This document shows, piece by piece, positions 25,685-36,934 of a stretch of 43,088 bases of DNA. How positions within the stretch are numbered: position 1 is the stretch's first letter; the number at the start of each line of letters is the position of its first letter. The notes under the pieces were generated by a model. It worked only from the letters and a program-made list of their open reading frames with translations, had not been told where the DNA came from and did no database searches. A program made the translations under genes and the position numbers. Location of the stretch: contig WTJO01000113.1 in assembly GCA_011524805.1 (NCBI GenBank), positions 2,497-45,584 of the forward strand, in the 5' to 3' direction. Source of the DNA: Alphaproteobacteria bacterium. Its GTDB lineage: Bacteria > Pseudomonadota > Alphaproteobacteria > Puniceispirillales > Puniceispirillaceae.

Positions 25685-28600
25685 CTATGCGTTCTTTGTC
25701 TGCGCCTGCTTTGCAGGGGGTGTAAACTGGGTCATCAGCCTGTCCAGCGTTTCGTCTGCGCGCGCAAAACTTGCCTCTCTTACCGGGCCGAAGCCGCGAA
25801 TATCCTGTGCAATATCTGCTATCTGGACAGCCAGTTCGTAATTATTGTCATTCAGACCGGCACATAGCTCATTCAGGATATTCTGATAGCGATCGCGCCA
25901 GCGACGTTCGCGCTGTCGTTCGGCTGTATAGCCAAACAGATCAAACATACTGCCCCTGAGCCCTTTCATCTTTGCCAGCACACTCATCACCCCTGCCATC
26001 CAGCTGCCATATTCGCGTTTTAACGGCCTGCCTGTGCGCGGGTCTGTTTTTGAGAATATCGGCGGGGCAAGATGAAAGCGAAGTGAAATATCGCCGTCAA
26101 ACTGGTGCGTAAGCTGTTGTGTGAAGGTTCCATCTGTAAAAAGCCTGGCTACTTCATATTCATCTTTTATGGCCATCAGCTTATACAGCCCTTTTGCAGC
26201 GGCAATGGTAAGACGCTCAGCCTTATCATGATCACATCTCTGGACATTCTGCATGATAGCGCGATAGCTATCTGCATATTCTGTATCCTGATAGGCCACC
26301 AGCCTGTCAAATCTGTCATTGATTATCGCGTTGGCAGAAAGCGGCTGAGCCGGCATAACAGGCTGCTGTGTCTGCTGTGCCAGCCTGTCAGGGTCGGCAA
26401 CATATAGTCTGCCCCATCTGAAAGCCTGTAGGCTCTGTGCAACCGCCACATTATTCAGCTCAATCGCTTTTTCAATTGCCTCTGACCTGAGCGGTATCAG
26501 GCCTTTCTGGAACGCCACCCCCAGCATAATGAGGTTTGATGCAATTGCATCGCCTATCAGCCCCAGGGCAAGCTGGGTAGCATCACAGAAGCTCGCATTT
26601 CCGTCTTTAACACTATGCGACAATCTGGAGATAATCTGTTCTGCGGGAAATTGCTGATCAGGGTCGCGGGTAAATTCGCCTGTCGGCATCTGGTTCAGAT
26701 TGGCAATAATGTGGCCGTCCGGATTCATCAGCTTTAGCTGATATTGTTCAGCCCCGACCAGACTGTCACATCCCAGCATCAGATCAGCCCCGCCCGGACC
26801 AATCCGGATAGCGCTAATATCTTCAGCATTGGGGCCTATGCGGATATGGCTGGTAACTGCACCGCCCTTTTGTGCCAGCCCTGCCATATCGATAATGCCG
26901 CACCCTTTTTTGTCAATATGGGCGGCCATGCCAAGCAAGGCGCCAATCGTCACAACCCCTGTGCCCCCGACCCCTGTCAGCAGGATGCTATGCACCTTAT
27001 CTTCAGGAATTATCTGCTCTGGTTCGACAATTGCAATATCTGATGACAGTCCGACAGGTTCAGGCTTTGCCAATGTGCCACCCGAAACAGTCACAAAGCT
27101 TGGGCAGAAGCCATTCACACAGGAAAAATCCTTGTTACAGGCAGACTGGTCAATCTGGCGTTTGCGCCCAAGCGCTGTTTCAAGAGGCAAGATCGCAACA
27201 CAGTTGGACTGCACCCCGCAATCACCGCACCCTTCGCAGACTTCGGGATTGATGATAACGCGTTTATCAGGGTCTTCCATCAGCCCTCTTTTGCGGCGGC
27301 GGCGCTTTTCGGTAGCACAGGTCTGGTCGTAAATCAGCGCTGTTGTGCCAGCTATTTTTGCCAGTTCGGCCTGTACGCGCTGTAATTCCAGCCTGTGATG
27401 AAAAGTGGTTTCGGCAGGATAATCTGACCTGTTATGCCGGCTCAGATCATCTGTTACCAGTGCCAGACGCTCAATATTCGATGCAGACAGCAGATGGGCG
27501 ATTTGAGGCGGGGTCAGATCACCTTCATGAGTCTGACCGCCGGTCATTGCAACTGCATCATTATATAAAATCTTGTAGGTGATATTCACACCTGAGGCGA
27601 CAGCCGCTCGGATAGCCATCAGTCCTGAATGGTTAAAGGTGCCATCACCCATATTCTGGAAGACATGGTCTCTGCTGGAAAAACAGGCCTCGCCTATCCA
27701 GTTTGCACCCTCGCCACCCATATGGGTATTGCCTTCTACAGACCTGTCCATAAATTGCGCCATCCAGTGACAGCCAATCCCTGCATAGCCGCGTGCGCCG
27801 TCTGGCAGAACGGTCGAGCTATTATGCGGACACCCCGCACAGAAATAGGGTGTCCGTGCCAGCCCCACAGAAGCAAATTCACGGCACTGGGACGCACGCA
27901 AATGCTCTGCACGTGCAGATATATCTGTGGGTATCTTCTGGCCTGCCAGCAAATGATCAATCATGGCCAGCGCTACCTGCACCCCGTCAATTGAGCCTTC
28001 TTCAGGCAATAGCCGTTCGCCATCTGCATCCTTTTTGCCCAGAATAAGCGGACGGGCTGGCAGATTATACAGGATCGATTTAATCTGTTCTTCCATCAGT
28101 CCGCGCTTTTCCTCGACCACAAATAGCCGCTCAAGCGGGCGGGCAAAAGCAGTCAGGCCGGACGGCTCAACAGGCCAGCTCATCCCGACCTTATATAGCG
28201 CCAGCCCCATCTTGTCTGCCTGCGCACCAGAGATGCCCAGATCAGAAAGTGCCTGCAATACATCCATATAGGCCTTGCCAGTTGCCACAATACCGAATCT
28301 TGCTTTTTTGCCGCCTGAATAAATCACTCTGTCAATCTGGTTGGCACGCACATAGCCATGGGCGGCGGCTATCTTATGCTTGTGAAGACGTTCTTCCTGA
28401 CTATGGCGATGATCATTACGTCTGATATTGAGCCCGCCTTCGGGCAAATCGACATCATTTGGCAATTTTGATGAAAATTGTTCCAGACTTAACCGCGCAG
28501 AAGACGAGCTTTCAATATTGTCCTTCACACATTTAAGCCCAACCCACAGACCCGAATAGCGTGACATCGCCCAGCCATGCAGGCCAAATTGCACCATCTC

Positions 28601-29182
28601 TTCGAGATTAACAGGATTCAGCACAGGGATCATCACATCCATCATGGCATATTCTGACTGGTGACATACGGTCGAGCTTTCGCCTGTATGATCATCTCCC
28701 ATCAAGGCCAGCACCCCACCCTTGGGGTCGGTGCCTGCCAGATTGGCATGCCTGAAGACATCCCCTGTGCGGTCGACACCGGGGCCTTTGCCATACCAGA
28801 TAGCAAATACGCCATCATGGGTATTCTCGCCATGCAATGCCGCCTGCTGGGTGCCCCATACGGCGGTCGCGGCAAGATCTTCATTCAAAGCAGGGGTGAA
28901 AACAATCTGGCTATCTGTAAGCGGAGCTGATGCCTGTGCAAATTGCAAATCGATCCCGCCCAGAGGCGAGCCTCTATAGCCGGTGACATAACCTGCGCTA
29001 TTTATACCATGCTGGCGGTCAATTTCTGACTGCATCAGACACATTCTGACCAGTGCCTGTGTGCCATTTACAAACACAACATCTGTATCAAGATTATATT
29101 TGTCAGCAAGACTTACCGCATTCAGCCTGTCACCTGCCAGCCTGTCAGCTATCTCTTTCGAATTATCCTGCGAACCATCCAT
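25685..29182 (-). CDS. indolepyruvate:ferredoxin oxidoreductase family protein (fused alpha/beta, 2-oxoacid:ferredoxin oxidoreductase)
   Basis: 1165 aa. ThDP-binding regions, a ferredoxin-like CEGCGDCGVQSNC cluster and a C-terminal IorB-like domain. Confidence 0.9.
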   Translation of the reverse strand: MDGSQDNSKEIADRLAGDRLNAVSLADKYNLDTDVVFVNGTQALVRMCLMQSEIDRQHGINSAGYVTGYRGSPLGGIDLQFAQASAPLTDSQIVFTPALNEDLAATAVWGTQQAALHGENTHDGVFAIWYGKGPGVDRTGDVFRHANLAGTDPKGGVLALMGDDHTGESSTVCHQSEYAMMDVMIPVLNPVNLEEMVQFGLHGWAMSRYSGLWVGLKCVKDNIESSSSARLSLEQFSSKLPNDVDLPEGGLNIRRNDHRHSQEERLHKHKIAAAHGYVRANQIDRVIYSGGKKARFGIVATGKAYMDVLQALSDLGISGAQADKMGLALYKVGMSWPVEPSGLTAFARPLERLFVVEEKRGLMEEQIKSILYNLPARPLILGKKDADGERLLPEEGSIDGVQVALAMIDHLLAGQKIPTDISARAEHLRASQCREFASVGLARTPYFCAGCPHNSSTVLPDGARGYAGIGCHWMAQFMDRSVEGNTHMGGEGANWIGEACFSSRDHVFQNMGDGTFNHSGLMAIRAAVASGVNITYKILYNDAVAMTGGQTHEGDLTPPQIAHLLSASNIERLALVTDDLSRHNRSDYPAETTFHHRLELQRVQAELAKIAGTTALIYDQTCATEKRRRRKRGLMEDPDKRVIINPEVCEGCGDCGVQSNCVAILPLETALGRKRQIDQSACNKDFSCVNGFCPSFVTVSGGTLAKPEPVGLSSDIAIVEPEQIIPEDKVHSILLTGVGGTGVVTIGALLGMAAHIDKKGCGIIDMAGLAQKGGAVTSHIRIGPNAEDISAIRIGPGGADLMLGCDSLVGAEQYQLKLMNPDGHIIANLNQMPTGEFTRDPDQQFPAEQIISRLSHSVKDGNASFCDATQLALGLIGDAIASNLIMLGVAFQKGLIPLRSEAIEKAIELNNVAVAQSLQAFRWGRLYVADPDRLAQQTQQPVMPAQPLSANAIINDRFDRLVAYQDTEYADSYRAIMQNVQRCDHDKAERLTIAAAKGLYKLMAIKDEYEVARLFTDGTFTQQLTHQFDGDISLRFHLAPPIFSKTDPRTGRPLKREYGSWMAGVMSVLAKMKGLRGSMFDLFGYTAERQRERRWRDRYQNILNELCAGLNDNNYELAVQIADIAQDIRGFGPVREASFARADETLDRLMTQFTPPAKQAQTKNA

Positions 29183-29400
29183 AAACCAGTCTCTATTCTG
29201 ATAACGCTATTATGCCTGCCTGTTATCGTCCAACTGTGGCACAAAATCCCCTGATACCAAAGCCCAAGCGGCCATATATGTCAAAGGCTAACTCTAGCAT
29301 GAAGCTGGTAAAGACAAAATAGTGACATTAACAGTAATTTACCGCATGATACAAAACCATAAGCGAAATTTCACCGAAGCCAGATGCCGGAGACCAGATA

Positions 29401-30189
29401 ATGGATGATATTGTGCTATGTGCCCATCATGGCGCTATTGCCGAAATAACATTGAACAGGCCGGATGCCGGCAATTCACTGTCTCTGGCCATGATTGAAC
29501 AGCTATCACATACACTCTCAGAACTTGAGGCAGACTCTCACACAAAAGTCATCATCATCTCATCAAAAGGCAAGATTTTCTGCGCAGGCCATGATCTCAA
29601 AGAGCTTACCGCTGCCAGAAGCCAGCCAGATAGAGGACAGGCATTTTTCAGCCAGACAATGCAGCAATGCGCACAGCTGATGCAACAAATCGTCAATCAT
29701 AAATTGCCTATCATTGCCTCTGTTCAGGGAATCGCCACCGCCGCCGGATGCCAGCTTGTAGCAAGTTGTGATCTGGCCGTTGCTGGCCGCGCGGCACAAT
29801 TTGCCACGCCGGGCGTGCATATTGGGCTATTCTGCTCAACGCCCATGGTTGCCCTGTCACGAAACATTGCGCCAAAACATGCGATGGAGATGCTGCTTAC
29901 AGGCGAAATGATCTCGGCTGAACAGGCGCAGATATGGGGGCTGGTAAATCACGCTGTTGAGGATATGGCGCTTGCAGATGAAGCAATGGCTATGGCGCAA
30001 AAGATAGCCAGCAAACCTGCCTCTACCGTGGCGATTGGCAAGACAGCCTTTTACCGACAGGCCGAATTATCCCTGCAGGATGCCTATGATTATGCCGCAC
30101 AGGTGATGGTTCATAATATGATGGAGCGGGACGCAGAAGAGGGCATTGCTGCCTTTATCGAAAAGCGCGACGCAAAATGGCATAGCTAG
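29401..30189 (+). CDS. enoyl-CoA hydratase/isomerase (crotonase) family protein
   Basis: FCAGHDLKEL and ...ATAAGCQLVASCDLAVA... are crotonase oxyanion-hole segments. 262 aa. Confidence 0.9.
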   Translation: MDDIVLCAHHGAIAEITLNRPDAGNSLSLAMIEQLSHTLSELEADSHTKVIIISSKGKIFCAGHDLKELTAARSQPDRGQAFFSQTMQQCAQLMQQIVNHKLPIIASVQGIATAAGCQLVASCDLAVAGRAAQFATPGVHIGLFCSTPMVALSRNIAPKHAMEMLLTGEMISAEQAQIWGLVNHAVEDMALADEAMAMAQKIASKPASTVAIGKTAFYRQAELSLQDAYDYAAQVMVHNMMERDAEEGIAAFIEKRDAKWHS

Positions 30190-30224
30190 ACCAGAACCAG
30201 AGGCCACAGATTGAGACCGAAGAT

Positions 30225-31166
30225 ATGACAGATTATGGGCGTCTGCTTGATGACGAGATGAAGGCATTTATTGAGGCGGTTGCCTCAGCAACGCCGCATC
30301 TGCCAGAAGATGCCACAGCAGATGATTATCGTGATGCCTATCTTGAGATGTGCCGCTATTTTGCCTCAGATGTGCCGGAGGGGATGGTCATTTCCGATAG
30401 CGAGATAGCTGGCCGGCCTGTGCAACACTACCAGCCTGCCAGCACTGCCACAGACTGTCTGATAATCTATTTTCATGGCGGCGGCTTTGTGCTTGGCAAT
30501 CTGGAGAGCCACTGGTCAATCTGCGCTGATCTCAGCCATGCAGGCCAGCTTGAGGTGATGGCGGTAGATTATCGCCTGGCGCCCGAACACCGCCACCCTG
30601 CCCAGCATGAAGACTGTCTCGGCGTGACTCGTGCCCTGATAGACAAATACCCCGGCAGACAGTTTATTCTGGCTGGCGATAGCGCCGGTGCGTGGCTGGC
30701 GGCTATGGTAAGCCACAGCCTGAGAGGCGAGACAGAGGCGATTATTGGCCAGCTATTAATCTATCCGACCTTTTCAGGTAATCCGGATACAGGCAGCTAT
30801 ATCACCCACGCACATGCGCCGATGCTGAGCAGGGAAGATGTGATACGGTATGGCCATCTGCTATTTGGCGAAGATGCAGATGAAGACGAAATAACGGGGC
30901 CTCTTTATCAGACAGAATTTTCATCTCTGCCTGCAACCATCATTTTCAGTGCAGAATGTGATCCGCTTCATGATGACGGCCCTGCCTATTGTGACAGGCT
31001 GCTCGGCGCAGGCAATAAGGCTGTCTGCATATCTCAAAAAGGCATGGTACATGGCTATTTACGCGGACGGCATCAGGTTGCCAGCATTGCCGGCGCCTTT
31101 GCCGATATTTGCTTGGCCGCGCGCCAGCTTAGCCAGCAGATATGGCCATTTAAGCCGGAAAACTAG
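30225..31166 (+). CDS. alpha/beta hydrolase fold-3 esterase/lipase (hormone-sensitive-lipase family)
   Basis: HGGGF oxyanion motif ([10 protein letters not shown]) and GDSAGA nucleophile elbow. The C-terminal DPL..D / ...H region is consistent with the catalytic acid and His. Confidence 0.85.
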   Translation: MTDYGRLLDDEMKAFIEAVASATPHLPEDATADDYRDAYLEMCRYFASDVPEGMVISDSEIAGRPVQHYQPASTATDCLIIYFHGGGFVLGNLESHWSICADLSHAGQLEVMAVDYRLAPEHRHPAQHEDCLGVTRALIDKYPGRQFILAGDSAGAWLAAMVSHSLRGETEAIIGQLLIYPTFSGNPDTGSYITHAHAPMLSREDVIRYGHLLFGEDADEDEITGPLYQTEFSSLPATIIFSAECDPLHDDGPAYCDRLLGAGNKAVCISQKGMVHGYLRGRHQVASIAGAFADICLAARQLSQQIWPFKPEN

Positions 31167-31924
31167 CTTCGTAATTTATAGCCAGTTTTGAAAATCCAGC
31201 CAATAATCATCACACAGATAATGCTGAACAGACCAATGGCCAGAAGCGAGTAATGCACCGCCACATCGGCCGTATCGAAAAATGCCCAGCGAAAACCGGA
31301 GACAAGATACACAACCGGATTAAACAGCGTTACTGTCTGCCAGAAAGGTGGCAACATCGAAATCGAATAGAAACTGCCTCCTAAAAAGACCAGTGGCGTA
31401 ATAATCAGTGACGGCACCAGATTAAGCTGCTCAAAATTGCGTGCCCAGATACCGATGATAAATCCAAGCAGGCTGAACGAAATACAGGTAAGCAGAAGAA
31501 ATGCCATCATCCAGACAGGATGGGCAATTGATACATCAACAAACAAGGTCGCTGTTGCCAGAATAATCAGTCCGATCATCAACGATTTTGTGGCTGCCGC
31601 CCCGACATAGCCAATTACAATTTCCAGATAGGATACAGGCGCAGATAGCGGCTCATATATGGTGCCGATAAATTTCGGGAAATAGATTCCAAAAGATGCA
31701 TTGCTGGTGGATTGCAGCAATACAGTCAGCATAATCAGACCTGGCACAATGAATGAGCCATATTCGACATTGTCAATGGTCTGCATGCGCGAGCCAATAG
31801 CTGTGCCAAACACCACAAAATACAGCACTGTCGACAGCACAGGGGCAATTAGGGACTGGACAAGCGTTCTGAACGTCCTGCTCATCTCGAACACATAAAT
31901 CGCGCGGATAGCATATAGGTTCAT
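31163..31924 (-). CDS. ABC-2 type transporter permease (YadH-like)
   Basis: About 6 TM segments, ~253 aa. The ATG at 31924 overlaps the upstream TGA (TGATG). The ORF-track start at 31927 is TTG. Confidence 0.85.
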   Translation of the reverse strand: MNLYAIRAIYVFEMSRTFRTLVQSLIAPVLSTVLYFVVFGTAIGSRMQTIDNVEYGSFIVPGLIMLTVLLQSTSNASFGIYFPKFIGTIYEPLSAPVSYLEIVIGYVGAAATKSLMIGLIILATATLFVDVSIAHPVWMMAFLLLTCISFSLLGFIIGIWARNFEQLNLVPSLIITPLVFLGGSFYSISMLPPFWQTVTLFNPVVYLVSGFRWAFFDTADVAVHYSLLAIGLFSIICVMIIGWIFKTGYKLRS

Positions 31925-32874
31925 CAATTCTCTGCCTTTACAAGTGAGACAAAAATATCTTCAAGCGAACTTTGCGAGGTTTCGACATCTTTGAAAGTTA
32001 TACCCGCAGATGATAGCGCGGTTAGCAAAGAGGTTATGCCTGTTCTGTCTGCATTAATATCATATCTATAGTTCAGGCTTAACCCGTCCTCTGACAGGCC
32101 GACATTAAAAGAAGATAGCTCAGATGGTATTTTGTGAAGCGCGCTTTGCAGATAAATTTTCATCTGCTTTTCGCCCATCTGTTTCATCAGCTTATCTGTT
32201 TCTTCTACCAGCAAAATCGTGCCTGCTGAAATTACCGCCACCCTGTCGGCAATTGCCTCTGCTTCTTCAATATAATGAGTGGTAAGCACGATGGTAACGC
32301 CATCCTGTTTCAGCTCTTCTACCACCTGCCACATATCTTTGCGCAACTCGACATCTACCCCGGCAGTCGGCTCGTCAAGAAACAGGATTTTCGGCTCATG
32401 GCTAAGCGCCTTTGCGATTAGCACACGCCGTTTCATGCCCCCTGATAATTCTTTTATCTGATTATCACGCTTATCCCAGAGCGAGAGTTTGCGCAAAATA
32501 CTCTCAATAATCTGGGGGTTCGGGGGATAGCCAAAAAGCCCGCGTGAAAAGCTGACCGTATTGATGACTGTCTCAAACGGTTCAAGCGCAACCTCCTGTG
32601 GCACCAGCCCGACAAGCCGGCGCGATTCACGATAATCATCAACAATATCATATCCGCCAACCCGCACCGTGCCAGTGCTTACAGATACCAGCCCGCAAAT
32701 CGTCGAAATCAATGTTGTCTTGCCAGCCCCGTTCGGTCCCAATAGCGCGATGATTTCACCTGTATCAATATCAAGTGATAAGTCTTTCAGCGCTTCAAAT
32801 CCGCCATCATAAATTTTTGACAGGCCAGATACCGAAATAATTGGGCTCATTATCTTTAATTTCTTTCTGGCCAT
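31924..32874 (-). CDS. ABC transporter ATP-binding protein (YadG-like, with C-terminal extension)
   Basis: Walker [10 protein letters not shown], signature LSGGMKRR, Walker [12 protein letters not shown]. Start at ATG 32874 or ATG 32850, only 15 nt downstream of the pgi stop. Confidence 0.9.
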   Translation of the reverse strand: MARKKLKIMSPIISVSGLSKIYDGGFEALKDLSLDIDTGEIIALLGPNGAGKTTLISTICGLVSVSTGTVRVGGYDIVDDYRESRRLVGLVPQEVALEPFETVINTVSFSRGLFGYPPNPQIIESILRKLSLWDKRDNQIKELSGGMKRRVLIAKALSHEPKILFLDEPTAGVDVELRKDMWQVVEELKQDGVTIVLTTHYIEEAEAIADRVAVISAGTILLVEETDKLMKQMGEKQMKIYLQSALHKIPSELSSFNVGLSEDGLSLNYRYDINADRTGITSLLTALSSAGITFKDVETSQSSLEDIFVSLVKAEN

Positions 32875-32889
32875 ATTCAGCCACAGGAT

Positions 32890-34398
32890 TTAGTCAAGCG
32901 TCTGCATGAATGACTGTGCCGCCTTACTGAAATGAGATAGCCCTGTGCCTTCGTCAAGCGCGCGTGCCATCTTTTTTCCTAGCTCGACACCAAATTGATC
33001 AAAGCTGTTAATCCCCCAGATAAACCCTGACACGATCGTGATATGCTCGTACAGGGCAAGCAGGCGACCAATCGCAAATGGCGTTGATCTGTCCCATGAT
33101 ACCAGAATTGACGGCCTGTTACCTGCAAAATGCTGATGCGGATTATCTGGATTTTTCTGTCCCAACGCCAGTGCTTCTGCCTGTGCTATCGCATTTATGA
33201 CCAGCTGGCGATGGGCGTCTTTTGAGAGCGCGTCTTCCCCGCGAAGATACGGGGTGCGAGATACCAGAATATCTATCGGGTGGATTTCAGCACCCTGATG
33301 CAGCCATTGAAAAAAACTATGCTGTGCATTGGTGCCCGGCTCGCCCCAGATAAGTGGTGCGGCAGGATGCGATAGGGTCTGGCCATTCATATCAACTGAC
33401 TTGCCATTTGATTCCATCTCAAGCTGTTGTGCCCATGCCGCAAATCTGGCAAGCCGCTGGTCATAGGCCATCAGACCATAGCTGACACGCCCCATAAACT
33501 GGCGATGCCAGATACGTAATAGCCCCATAATGACAGGCAGATTTTGATCAAACGGTGCTGTACGGAAATGACAATCCATATCATATGCCCCTGCCAGCAC
33601 TTCGGCAAAGCGCGCACTACCACACCCAATCATCACAGCCAGCCCGACAGCAGACCATACAGAATAGCGTCCGCCTACCCCGTCTTCAAAGCTGAATATG
33701 CGGTCTTTATCTATGCCCCATCTGTTGGCCATATCAGGCGCGGCCGTCACCGCAACCATGGCCTCGTCAGAACGCATACCATGACGTTCCAGCCAGGATG
33801 TTGCCAGCGTTGCATTGGCGAGTGTTTCCTGTGTGGTAAAGGTTTTGGAGGTGACAATAAATAGCGTCTGCTCTGGTGTGCAACTGGCCAGTACATCATG
33901 AATATGGGCAGGATCAACATTGCCAACAAAATGCAGGCGCGGGCCATCACAGGCAGGGCCAAGAGCCTGAGCCAGCATTGCAGGGCCTAGATCAGACCCG
34001 CCAATCCCGATATTGACAACATCTGTTATCTGTCCTGCATTGCGCAGCTGTTCGGCAAATTCGGCAAGCTGTTTCCAGCCCTCACTCTTGTGCCTGTCAG
34101 GATGGCGTAAGCCCATATGCACTACAGGCCTGTCTTCTGTGCGGTTAATATGTGTGCCGTCAAAAAGCTGTGTGATATTTTCGGCCAGATTGCGCGCCTC
34201 AGCCAGCGCACATAGCATATCAAGACTGTCTGTGCGTATTGGCTGTCTGGTGATATCTACCCATAAATCATCCTGTTTCAGCACCAGCGCATCTCGCCCT
34301 TCGGCATGCATTAATGAGGCCAGATCGGTTGCGGCCATCTGCTGTGCTTCAGCTTCCAGCCGGTCATTTAGCTGTTGTAACTCTGTCTGGCTAGCCAT
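32890..34398 (-). CDS. pgi: glucose-6-phosphate isomerase
   Basis: IGIGGSDLGP, ...TKTFTTQET... and ...GVELGK... are classic PGI blocks. 502 aa. Confidence 0.93.
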   Translation of the reverse strand: MASQTELQQLNDRLEAEAQQMAATDLASLMHAEGRDALVLKQDDLWVDITRQPIRTDSLDMLCALAEARNLAENITQLFDGTHINRTEDRPVVHMGLRHPDRHKSEGWKQLAEFAEQLRNAGQITDVVNIGIGGSDLGPAMLAQALGPACDGPRLHFVGNVDPAHIHDVLASCTPEQTLFIVTSKTFTTQETLANATLATSWLERHGMRSDEAMVAVTAAPDMANRWGIDKDRIFSFEDGVGGRYSVWSAVGLAVMIGCGSARFAEVLAGAYDMDCHFRTAPFDQNLPVIMGLLRIWHRQFMGRVSYGLMAYDQRLARFAAWAQQLEMESNGKSVDMNGQTLSHPAAPLIWGEPGTNAQHSFFQWLHQGAEIHPIDILVSRTPYLRGEDALSKDAHRQLVINAIAQAEALALGQKNPDNPHQHFAGNRPSILVSWDRSTPFAIGRLLALYEHITIVSGFIWGINSFDQFGVELGKKMARALDEGTGLSHFSKAAQSFMQTLD

Positions 34399-34418
34399 GA
34401 TGCATGCTCATTTTTGAT

Positions 34419-35045
34419 TCAGTCCGATCTACGCAGATTGCTTGCCGCCTGCGCCCGTTTTGTGATCTCGGCAAACGCGTGTGATGTGATCAGGTCAGCA
34501 GGCGCCAGCCACGAGCCGCCAACACACACAATATGCGGCAGGCTCAGCCATTCAGCTGCATTTTGCTGGTTAATCCCGCCTGTCGGGCAGAAGCGAAGAT
34601 GCGGCATCGGGCTATGAACAGATTTCAGAAAATCGATACCGCCAGCCGCAGAGGCAGGAAAAAATTTCATCTGATGATAGCCTTTCTCGGCAAGTGCCAT
34701 CATCTCGGACAGGGTTTGTGCGCCATATAGCATCGGCAGACCAGACTTGTTACAGCCATCTATCAGCGCCTCTGTAGAGCCGGGGCTGACGCCAAAGACT
34801 CCGCCTGCATCTTTGACCTGTTGTGCCTGTTCTGCTGAGGTGATTGTGCCTGCCCCTACCAGCATATCGGGACAGCCAGATGCAATCTGTTCTATCGCCG
34901 CAAGAGCTGAGGGGGTACGCAAGGTAATTTCGGCAGTGCGAATACCGCCTGCCAGCAATGCCTCTGCCAGTGGCACGGCATCATCTGCATGTTCAATAAT
35001 TATTACAGGCATCACAGGCCCTGCAGCCAGAATATCTGGAATCAT
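34419..35045 (-). CDS. eda: 2-dehydro-3-deoxy-phosphogluconate (KDPG) / 4-hydroxy-2-oxoglutarate aldolase
   Basis: EITLRTP, GAGTI, the Schiff-base Lys context MKFFPA, and CPTGGI. The ATG overlaps the edd stop (ATGA). Confidence 0.92.
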   Translation of the reverse strand: MIPDILAAGPVMPVIIIEHADDAVPLAEALLAGGIRTAEITLRTPSALAAIEQIASGCPDMLVGAGTITSAEQAQQVKDAGGVFGVSPGSTEALIDGCNKSGLPMLYGAQTLSEMMALAEKGYHQMKFFPASAAGGIDFLKSVHSPMPHLRFCPTGGINQQNAAEWLSLPHIVCVGGSWLAPADLITSHAFAEITKRAQAASNLRRSD

Positions 35046-36883
35046 CTTACCCTCTCTGTGGCAGTGAAATGGGTTGCAGGATTTATGCCTCCGCCCTGTT
35101 CTGCGGTCTGCGCATGCGCCCGCATTCCAAAAAATAGCTCTCTGCCAAATCCGGCCTGTTTTGTAATGATTTCAGCGCCGTTTCTGCTGTCAAGAGACGC
35201 ATCTGTCTCAAGCCTGCCAGCCACCGCATCTAGGGTGATTATATCACCATCACGCAGGCTGGCAATAGCGCCGCCATCTGCTGCTTCCGGCCAAAGATGG
35301 ATAGCGGCAGGCACAGAGCCTGACGCACCTGACATGCGGCCATCTGTGACAAGCGCAACCTGATAGCCCTTATCCTGTAAAATTGACAATAACGGCGTTA
35401 ATGAATGAAGCTCGGGCATGCCGGCGGCTTTCGGACCCTGGCCTCGCAAGACTACCACCACATCTCTGTCTAGCTTGCCATCGTGAAAGGCGGTTTTGAC
35501 CTCTGCTTCTGTATCAAAAATAGCGGCAGGGGCGCTGACAATATGCCGTTCGGGCGCAACAGCAGAAATTTTAATCACCCCCCTGCCAATATTGCCATCC
35601 AGCATTTTCAGACCGCCATTTCTGGCAAAGGGCGCATCAACTGTACTGATAATCTGGCTATCGGCAGACTGGCGAGGGCCTGCACGCCAACCAAGTGTGT
35701 TATCTTCCAGCACAGGCTCAACCAGACTATCTTCAAGACTGTCTGAAAATACACAGCCGGCACTACCATCTAGCAATCCTGCCTCAAGCAGTTGGCGCAT
35801 AACCAGCGAAATACCGCCTGCGGCATGAAACTGGTTCACATCTGCCGACCCGTTCGGATAGACACGCGCCAGCAGCGGGATAATATCGGACAGATCGGCA
35901 AAATCTTCCCATGACAGAATAATGCCTGCCGCGGCCGCCATAGCTGGTAGATGAAGGGTATGGTTTGTTGACCCGCCTGTCGCCAGAAGCCCGATAATGG
36001 CATTCACAAATGATCGCTCGTCAACAAGCTGGTAGAGCGGTTTTGGGGAAGATGCTTTGCGGCTAATCTCTATCATATGCTGCATGGTGGCCGAGATAAG
36101 CGCATGTCGCAAATCGCTATGCGGATGGATAAAGGCAGAAGAAGGCATATGCAGCCCCATAATTTCCATCAGCATCTGGTTTGAATTTGCAGTACCATAA
36201 AAGGTGCAGGTACCCGCACTGTGATAGGCGGCCTTTTCAGCGGCCAGCAATTCATCCCGTCCTACCTCGCCGCGGGCAAAGGCCTTTCTGATTTGTGCCT
36301 TTTGCTGGTTTGGCAGGCCAGATTCCATAGGCCCCGCCGGCAGAAAAATACAAGGCAGATGGCCATGACTTAATGCACCCATCACAAGACCGGGAATAAT
36401 CTTGTCACATACCCCCAGACAAATGACCCCGTCATAGACATTATGAGACAGGCCAATCGCCGTAGACATCGCAATCACATCGCGGCTGAATAGCGATAAT
36501 TCCATTCCCGGCCGGCCTTGTGTCACCCCGTCACACATAGCAGGTACACATCCGGCTACCTGTGATGTTGCGCCATAATTTTTAGCCGCCGCGCGCAATA
36601 ATGCCGGATAATGTTCAAATGGCTGATGGGCTGATAGCATATCATTATAGGCTGAAATAATGCCAATATTGGGCTTCTGGGTTGTACCCACACCCAGAAT
36701 ATCATCCTGAAACTCGCCTGCGGCGGCGGCAACATGCGCCATATTGGAACAGGACACGGAACCTCTGTCTGAATCAGAATCATTTGCCATCTGCGCCATC
36801 TGCGCCAGATAGCCCTGTCTTGTGCTGGCTGATCTGTCTCTTATCCTGTCTGTGATTTCGGCAATAAGGGGATGTAGCGTCAT
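35042..36883 (-). CDS. edd: phosphogluconate dehydratase
   Basis: 613 aa in the IlvD/Edd family (CDGVTQG, ...GVCDKIIPG..., ...TDGRMSGASG...). It sits between zwf and eda. Confidence 0.95.
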   Translation of the reverse strand: MTLHPLIAEITDRIRDRSASTRQGYLAQMAQMANDSDSDRGSVSCSNMAHVAAAAGEFQDDILGVGTTQKPNIGIISAYNDMLSAHQPFEHYPALLRAAAKNYGATSQVAGCVPAMCDGVTQGRPGMELSLFSRDVIAMSTAIGLSHNVYDGVICLGVCDKIIPGLVMGALSHGHLPCIFLPAGPMESGLPNQQKAQIRKAFARGEVGRDELLAAEKAAYHSAGTCTFYGTANSNQMLMEIMGLHMPSSAFIHPHSDLRHALISATMQHMIEISRKASSPKPLYQLVDERSFVNAIIGLLATGGSTNHTLHLPAMAAAAGIILSWEDFADLSDIIPLLARVYPNGSADVNQFHAAGGISLVMRQLLEAGLLDGSAGCVFSDSLEDSLVEPVLEDNTLGWRAGPRQSADSQIISTVDAPFARNGGLKMLDGNIGRGVIKISAVAPERHIVSAPAAIFDTEAEVKTAFHDGKLDRDVVVVLRGQGPKAAGMPELHSLTPLLSILQDKGYQVALVTDGRMSGASGSVPAAIHLWPEAADGGAIASLRDGDIITLDAVAGRLETDASLDSRNGAEIITKQAGFGRELFFGMRAHAQTAEQGGGINPATHFTATERVR

Positions 36884-36934
36884 ACCTGTCTCTTCTGGCC
36901 TGTTATGGTGTCTGTCTGGCTGCCGGCCTGTCTG

